Part shown: piece after piece, positions 57,859 to 62,248 of the stretch
Layout: every line of letters begins with the position of its first letter
How positions within the stretch are numbered: position 1 is the stretch's first letter
Sequence record: SRR20825019_411
Length of the DNA stretch: 62,248 nucleotides
Strand: one strand, 5' to 3'
Program-made: the position numbers and the translations under genes
The notes under the pieces: model-generated
Databases searched by the model: none
The model's input: only the letters and a program-made list of their open reading frames with translations
What the model was told of the DNA's origin: nothing

Positions 57859-59397
57859 TCAATCGCCAGCCAGATAGCTAAGCGTGCTTTCATATATTGA
57901 ATTGGTAAAACCCCACCAGGCAGCCGGGGGTAAACTCACTTTTGGCCATTGGCGAAACTCAAGGGCAACCGAGCCCCCATCCCCAAGGTTGTGGTTGTAG
58001 CCAAGAGAGATGGAGTTATATGCGGCATCGCCGCGGGACATCAGGTCTTTTGATGGAAAATGAAAATTTCGGGTCGGATTGGTATTTGCATTTGCTGCAT
58101 CACACTGCGCAACAGTTGCTACATATGTACCGCTACCCCGAATATAGTTGAGCCCGGAGGATATGCCCGCCGCCGCGCTATTGCTGGGAGGGGCAAGCAC
58201 GCTGTCGACCCACTCTCCCCGCTTGGGGCCAAACGCAAGTTTTGCTCCACCGTCACCGTCTGCCACCGGATAGGTGCTGGTGCCAATTTTGATCTCGGTT
58301 TCGGCAAAGCCTTTCAAGAGTACCCTGTTGTTCTTTTGGCTTTCTTCCCCGCCCCACGCCGTAATAATGACTTCGTCTGTAGAAAAAAGCGCCTGCACAT
58401 TGTCATCTAGCGCTGCATACATTGCGCTGAAACAGGTGCGCGACATCACGGTAAAGTATTCTTTGGAATAATCTTGCGCGGCACTCACCGCAAAGCCACA
58501 GTTCAGATACAGCAGTAGAAGAGTCATCAACCCACAGGCTTTATTGTAACCCTCATCGCTTATCGTTGTACCGTGGTCAGTTCTTTTGGCAGCGACCCAG
58601 TCCTCCGCTTTGCCAACGGTGTTCAGGATATCTGCACCAGGGAATAAAACGGTGGGGTCAACAAACAGCTTGTCACCATAATATACACGCTTTAACCCCT
58701 CGACCCTGGTACCGGACTGATTCACAAGCGTCCGTATTTCCAGATACTCTGTCTCATACTCACCTTGAATTGCCGCCACCGCCTCCCTGGCAGTACGAAT
58801 GGTGTCCCTATATATGGCTCGTTTTGCCTGATAGTCTGGCGAACGCTCGTCAAGGTCCGCCAAATTTTGCTTCGCTGTGTCCCACGCTGATTTATAGGGT
58901 TGAGCCTGCGCGCCATATTTGGCTTTAAGTTCTTTGGTGATTTTCCTGTCAAGCGCCTGCCGAATAGTGGCCACCGGTAACCCTTGAGCAAAACCCAGAA
59001 AACCGTTGACCTGCTCCAGCGGGATATCAAGTGTAACTTGGGGTGCACCTGCAAAGTCACGTTTTCGAACCTGCACAATCCCGCCATAAGCATCAAGAGT
59101 TGATGCCCACTTGCCGTCGCGCGCTGCAAGAGCAGCTATAATGTCACTAAAGACCCTGTCCTGACCGTCAAAATCATCCAGGATAAGAGTAATAAACTCC
59201 AACATCTGGTCCGTTGCCGCGGTTATTTCTTCGGCCTCAGAGAAGGGGACAGTTACAAATTCAAGAACAGCGTTATCACCCTCCACGCCATCGAGAAGGA
59301 TTTTCCAGCCCATATCAGCCGCCTGATAGATAACCTTCTGATACTCAACGTCACCCGTCACTTTTACGTCGGTTTCGAATTCCACTCCGATAGCCAT
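57859..59397 (-). CDS. Actin cross-linking domain (ACD)-like / glutamine-synthetase-fold ligase
   Basis: Ordered motifs IGVEFE, LLD, VLEFVTVP, APQVTLDI, LLLYL, KEYFTVMSRT and ALEFRQWP. Confidence 0.65.
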   Translation of the reverse strand: MAIGVEFETDVKVTGDVEYQKVIYQAADMGWKILLDGVEGDNAVLEFVTVPFSEAEEITAATDQMLEFITLILDDFDGQDRVFSDIIAALAARDGKWASTLDAYGGIVQVRKRDFAGAPQVTLDIPLEQVNGFLGFAQGLPVATIRQALDRKITKELKAKYGAQAQPYKSAWDTAKQNLADLDERSPDYQAKRAIYRDTIRTAREAVAAIQGEYETEYLEIRTLVNQSGTRVEGLKRVYYGDKLFVDPTVLFPGADILNTVGKAEDWVAAKRTDHGTTISDEGYNKACGLMTLLLLYLNCGFAVSAAQDYSKEYFTVMSRTCFSAMYAALDDNVQALFSTDEVIITAWGGEESQKNNRVLLKGFAETEIKIGTSTYPVADGDGGAKLAFGPKRGEWVDSVLAPPSNSAAAGISSGLNYIRGSGTYVATVAQCDAANANTNPTRNFHFPSKDLMSRGDAAYNSISLGYNHNLGDGGSVALEFRQWPKVSLPPAAWWGFTNSIYESTLSYLAGD

Positions 59398-59468
59398 GGA
59401 TATGAGCCCTCAAACTTTGCGTGGTCAGTACTTGAGGGACGGATGCAGGGTTTGTCTGTGAAGCTAAA

Positions 59469-59508
59469 AGAAAATGGCCAGAAGGTTCTCACCCTCTGGC
59501 CATTTTCT
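59469..59508 (-). terminator. Rho-independent terminator of maeB
   Basis: 14-bp stem AGAAAATGGCCAGA / TCTGGCCATTTTCT with T-rich sequence downstream on the minus strand. Confidence 0.85.
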
Positions 59509-59531
59509 GGTAACCGCAAAAATCTTGGTGT

Positions 59532-61829
59532 TTATTCTGCGTCCAGTTCCTTGCGGGCTTGTGCGAGCGCGTGCGCGGCACTTGCCGCCAACCCGGCCAT
59601 GTTCACAAGGTCTGACGCCGTGGCTGTCATGCGTGAAATCTGGATCGAGTGGCTCATGCCCAGAAGCATCGGGCCAACCACGCGGCCGCCGCCTAGCTCT
59701 GCCAACAGCTTATAGCCGATGTTAGCGCTGTGAAGCGCAGGCATCACCAGCACGTTTGCCGGGCCGGAGAGGTTCATGAACGGATACTGTTCCATAAGCG
59801 TGCGGTTCAACGCCACATCGGCCTGCATTTCACCGTCAAACTCAAAGTCCACATTGCGCTTGTTGAGAAGCGAAACAGCTTCCTGAATGTGTTTGGTTTT
59901 GTCCGATGGCGGGTTACCGAAGTTGGAGAATGACAGGAACGCAATGCGCGGATCATGGCCCAGGCGCTTCACGAAATAGGCCGCGTTTTGCGCAATGTCC
60001 GCCAGGTCTTCCGCGCCGGGGCGCTCGTTCACCGTGGTGTCTGCAATAAACACCGTGCGCTGTTTGGTGACCACGATCGACATACCAAACGGCCGCATGC
60101 CCGGCAGTGGGTCGATCACCCGTCGTACGTTCTTGAGCGCACGCCAATAATGCCGGGTTACACCGGTCACCATAGCGTCTGCGTCGCCCGTTGCCACCAT
60201 ACAGGCGGAGAAAACGTTCCGGTCGCGTTTGACAAGGCGCTGCACGTCACGCAGCAGGAAGCCGCGACGGTTCAGCCGTTCGTAAATATAGTCCACATAA
60301 TCGCTGGTGCGTTTGGTGTTGGCCGCATTCCAGATCTCGAACGCTGCGTCATCCACACCCATTTCACGCAATTTTTCGCGGATTGGTGCTTCATAACCCA
60401 CAAGGATCGGCACACCGTAACCGGCGTTTTTGAAGCCGATTGCCGCACGGAGGACTTTTTCTTCCTCCGCTTCCGCGAACACAACACGCTGCGGCGTGCG
60501 GCGCTTCAGGTCTTCAAACATGGTGGAAAGTGTGTCTGCCGTTGGGTCAAGGCGCGCTGAAAGCTCCTGCTCGTAAGCTTCCATATCCTCAATCGGCTTG
60601 CGCGCAACACCGCTGTCCATCGCGGCCTGCGCCACTTTCACCGGGATGCGGCGAATGAGGCGCGGGTCAAAGGGTGCCGGGATAATATATTCAGGGCCAT
60701 AATGAGGTTGCTGGCCGCCGTAAGCCGCCGCCACTTCATCAGGCACATCTTCACGCGCAAGCTCGGCAATCGCCTGCGCTGCCGCGATCTTCATTTCTTC
60801 ATTAATAGTCCGGGCCCGGACATCCAACGCACCGCGGAAAATATAAGGGAAACCAAGCACGTTATTCACCTGGTTTGGATAATCAGACCGGCCTGTGGCC
60901 ACGATCGCATCCGGACGCGCTTCCTTGGCGTCTTCCGGTGTGATCTCGGGGTCAGGGTTTGCCATGGCGAAAATGATCGGCTTCTCGCCCATGGATTTAA
61001 CCATCTCCTTGGTGATGGCACCGGCGGCGGCAAGGCCGATCACAACGTCAGCCCCCACCATGGCTTCTTCCAAAGTGCGCGCATCGGTTTTGATTGCATG
61101 CGCAGACTTCCACTGGTTCATGCCTTCTGTGCGGCCCGCATAAATCACACCGGTACGGTCTACCATGGTGACATTTTCATGCGGCAGGCCCATGGCCTTG
61201 ATCAGCTCGATACAGGCGATACAGGCGGCACCTGCGCCAAGGGCGACAACTTTGGTGTCTTTAAGTTCACGCCCGGTAAGGTCCAGCGCGTTAATGAAAC
61301 CAGCTGCGGTGATGATCGCCGTGCCGTGCTGGTCATCATGGAAGACAGGAATGTCCATCAACTCACGCAGGCGCTGCTCAATAATAAAACACTCTGGCGC
61401 CGCGATGTCTTCGAGGTTGATGCCGCCAAACGAAGGGCCGAGGAGCTTCACGCAGTTCACAAACTCGTCAATGTCTTCACTATCAACTTCCAAATCGATA
61501 GAATCTACATCCGCGAACCGCTTGAAAAGCACAGCCTTGCCTTCCATCACCGGTTTGGACGCCGCAGCACCAAGGTTACCAAGGCCCAGGATCGCTGTCC
61601 CGTTTGAGATAACAGCCACAAGGTTGCCTTTTGTGGTGTAATCATAAGCGGTGTCAGGGTCCCGTGCGATCTCCCTCACCGGTACGGCTACGCCGGGGCT
61701 GTATGCCAGCGATAGATCTCGCTGGGTTGCCATTGGTTTTGTGGGGGTTATTTCAATCTTTCCGGGACGACCGGAAGAATGGAACCTGAGCGCTTCCGCA
61801 TCCGTAAATTTGGAAGATTTGCTAGCCAT
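59532..61829 (-). CDS. maeB: NADP-dependent malic enzyme with PTA-like domain
   Basis: LAYSPGVA, SNGTAILGLG, KPVMEGK, INLEDI, FHDDQHGT, TGRSDYPNQVNN and a C-terminal DGEMQAD domain. Confidence 0.96.
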   Translation of the reverse strand: MASKSSKFTDAEALRFHSSGRPGKIEITPTKPMATQRDLSLAYSPGVAVPVREIARDPDTAYDYTTKGNLVAVISNGTAILGLGNLGAAASKPVMEGKAVLFKRFADVDSIDLEVDSEDIDEFVNCVKLLGPSFGGINLEDIAAPECFIIEQRLRELMDIPVFHDDQHGTAIITAAGFINALDLTGRELKDTKVVALGAGAACIACIELIKAMGLPHENVTMVDRTGVIYAGRTEGMNQWKSAHAIKTDARTLEEAMVGADVVIGLAAAGAITKEMVKSMGEKPIIFAMANPDPEITPEDAKEARPDAIVATGRSDYPNQVNNVLGFPYIFRGALDVRARTINEEMKIAAAQAIAELAREDVPDEVAAAYGGQQPHYGPEYIIPAPFDPRLIRRIPVKVAQAAMDSGVARKPIEDMEAYEQELSARLDPTADTLSTMFEDLKRRTPQRVVFAEAEEEKVLRAAIGFKNAGYGVPILVGYEAPIREKLREMGVDDAAFEIWNAANTKRTSDYVDYIYERLNRRGFLLRDVQRLVKRDRNVFSACMVATGDADAMVTGVTRHYWRALKNVRRVIDPLPGMRPFGMSIVVTKQRTVFIADTTVNERPGAEDLADIAQNAAYFVKRLGHDPRIAFLSFSNFGNPPSDKTKHIQEAVSLLNKRNVDFEFDGEMQADVALNRTLMEQYPFMNLSGPANVLVMPALHSANIGYKLLAELGGGRVVGPMLLGMSHSIQISRMTATASDLVNMAGLAASAAHALAQARKELDAE

Positions 61830-61970
61830 GGGGATTCCTCTGTTCTTTGGTGTTCTTTGGGTGGCGACAGACTAAAGAATGCTCTAAAAGCGGGGTATGT
61901 ATGCGGCATACTATGGCACAAAGCGGCTGACAATTGAAATCGGGCAGTAAACCGGGGGTAAGTTAAAAAA

Positions 61971-62248
61971 ATGGAAGGTAGCGCGCACTTGGGGCAGAAC
62001 GCGGATAATAACACGCGGGGGCAAACCGATAGCCCAACGACGCCTGAAAACAAATGGTCTCGCGCCGCATCCGCACCCGGCGCGACACCCATGATGGCAC
62101 AGTTTCTGGAGATCAAAGCAAACTATCCGGATTGCATGCTGTTTTACCGCATGGGCGATTTTTACGAGCTGTTTTTCGAGGACGCCGAGCAGGCATCTGC
62201 CGCGCTTGATATCACCCTCACCAAACGCGGCAAACATGACGGCGAAGA
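61971..62248 (+). CDS. mutS: DNA mismatch repair protein MutS, 5' end; runs off the right edge
   Basis: Not in the ORF track. In frame it reads [11 protein letters not shown]...[17 protein letters not shown]...[10 protein letters not shown]. The exact start (61971, 61989 or 62091) is uncertain. Confidence 0.95.
   Translation, partial: MEGSAHLGQNADNNTRGQTDSPTTPENKWSRAASAPGATPMMAQFLEIKANYPDCMLFYRMGDFYELFFEDAEQASAALDITLTKRGKHDGE

Noticed and set aside
43768-61607. Long antisense or alternate-frame ORFs (e.g. 43768-44583, 49931-50761, 54556-55338, 60702-61607)
   Set aside because: They shadow well-supported genes in GC-rich sequence and show no motifs, which is typical of stop-poor reverse frames.
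1-62248. CRISPR arrays, rRNA, intact IS transposases, prophage structural genes
   Set aside because: No regularly spaced repeats, rRNA-like tracts, DDE transposase ORFs or phage structural ORFs were seen. The window is almost fully accounted for by protein-coding genes.

Overview
Alphaproteobacterial chromosome segment. A marine Kordiimonadales/Sphingomonadales-like host is my guess from gene order only. It has three parts. (1) 1-30.5 kb: a visibly more AT-rich, minus-strand surface-glycan locus. It holds a complete legionaminic-acid pathway (legB-C-H-I-G-ptmE/legX-legF), a WbuXYZ-type acetamidino module, an ElaA/B/C (PtmF/B/A)-like oxidoreductase/CMP-synthetase/SDR trio, a sulfotransferase-like gene, two AsnB amidotransferases, TagD, wzx, wzy, GT4 enzymes, a WeeE/F/G-like block, an O-antigen-ligase-like gene, the start of wecB, and a frameshifted EPS-associated MarR regulator that the ORF track did not call. 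(2) 31-38 kb: the end of an integrative element. It carries two VirD4/TraD/HerA-type ATPases flanking a small membrane protein (the larger ATPase has a C-terminal PD-(D/E)XK-like domain), an AbiEi/AbiEii pair, a tyrosine integrase, and a 16-bp copy of a tRNA-Leu 3' end followed by a terminator. (3) 38-62 kb: mostly core genes (rnd-lptCAB-rpoN-hpf-ptsN, truA-fmt-def, a LuxO-like sigma54 activator, maeB, 5' mutS) with two small insertions. One is an RHH plus membrane-protein pair. The other is a 512-aa protein carrying the ordered catalytic motif set of actin cross-linking domain (ACD)/glutamine-synthetase-fold ligases, followed by a small helical partner. The ACD-like pair and the dual-ATPase/nuclease module are the best candidates for undescribed systems. 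All family assignments come from motif recognition by eye; no database search was run.
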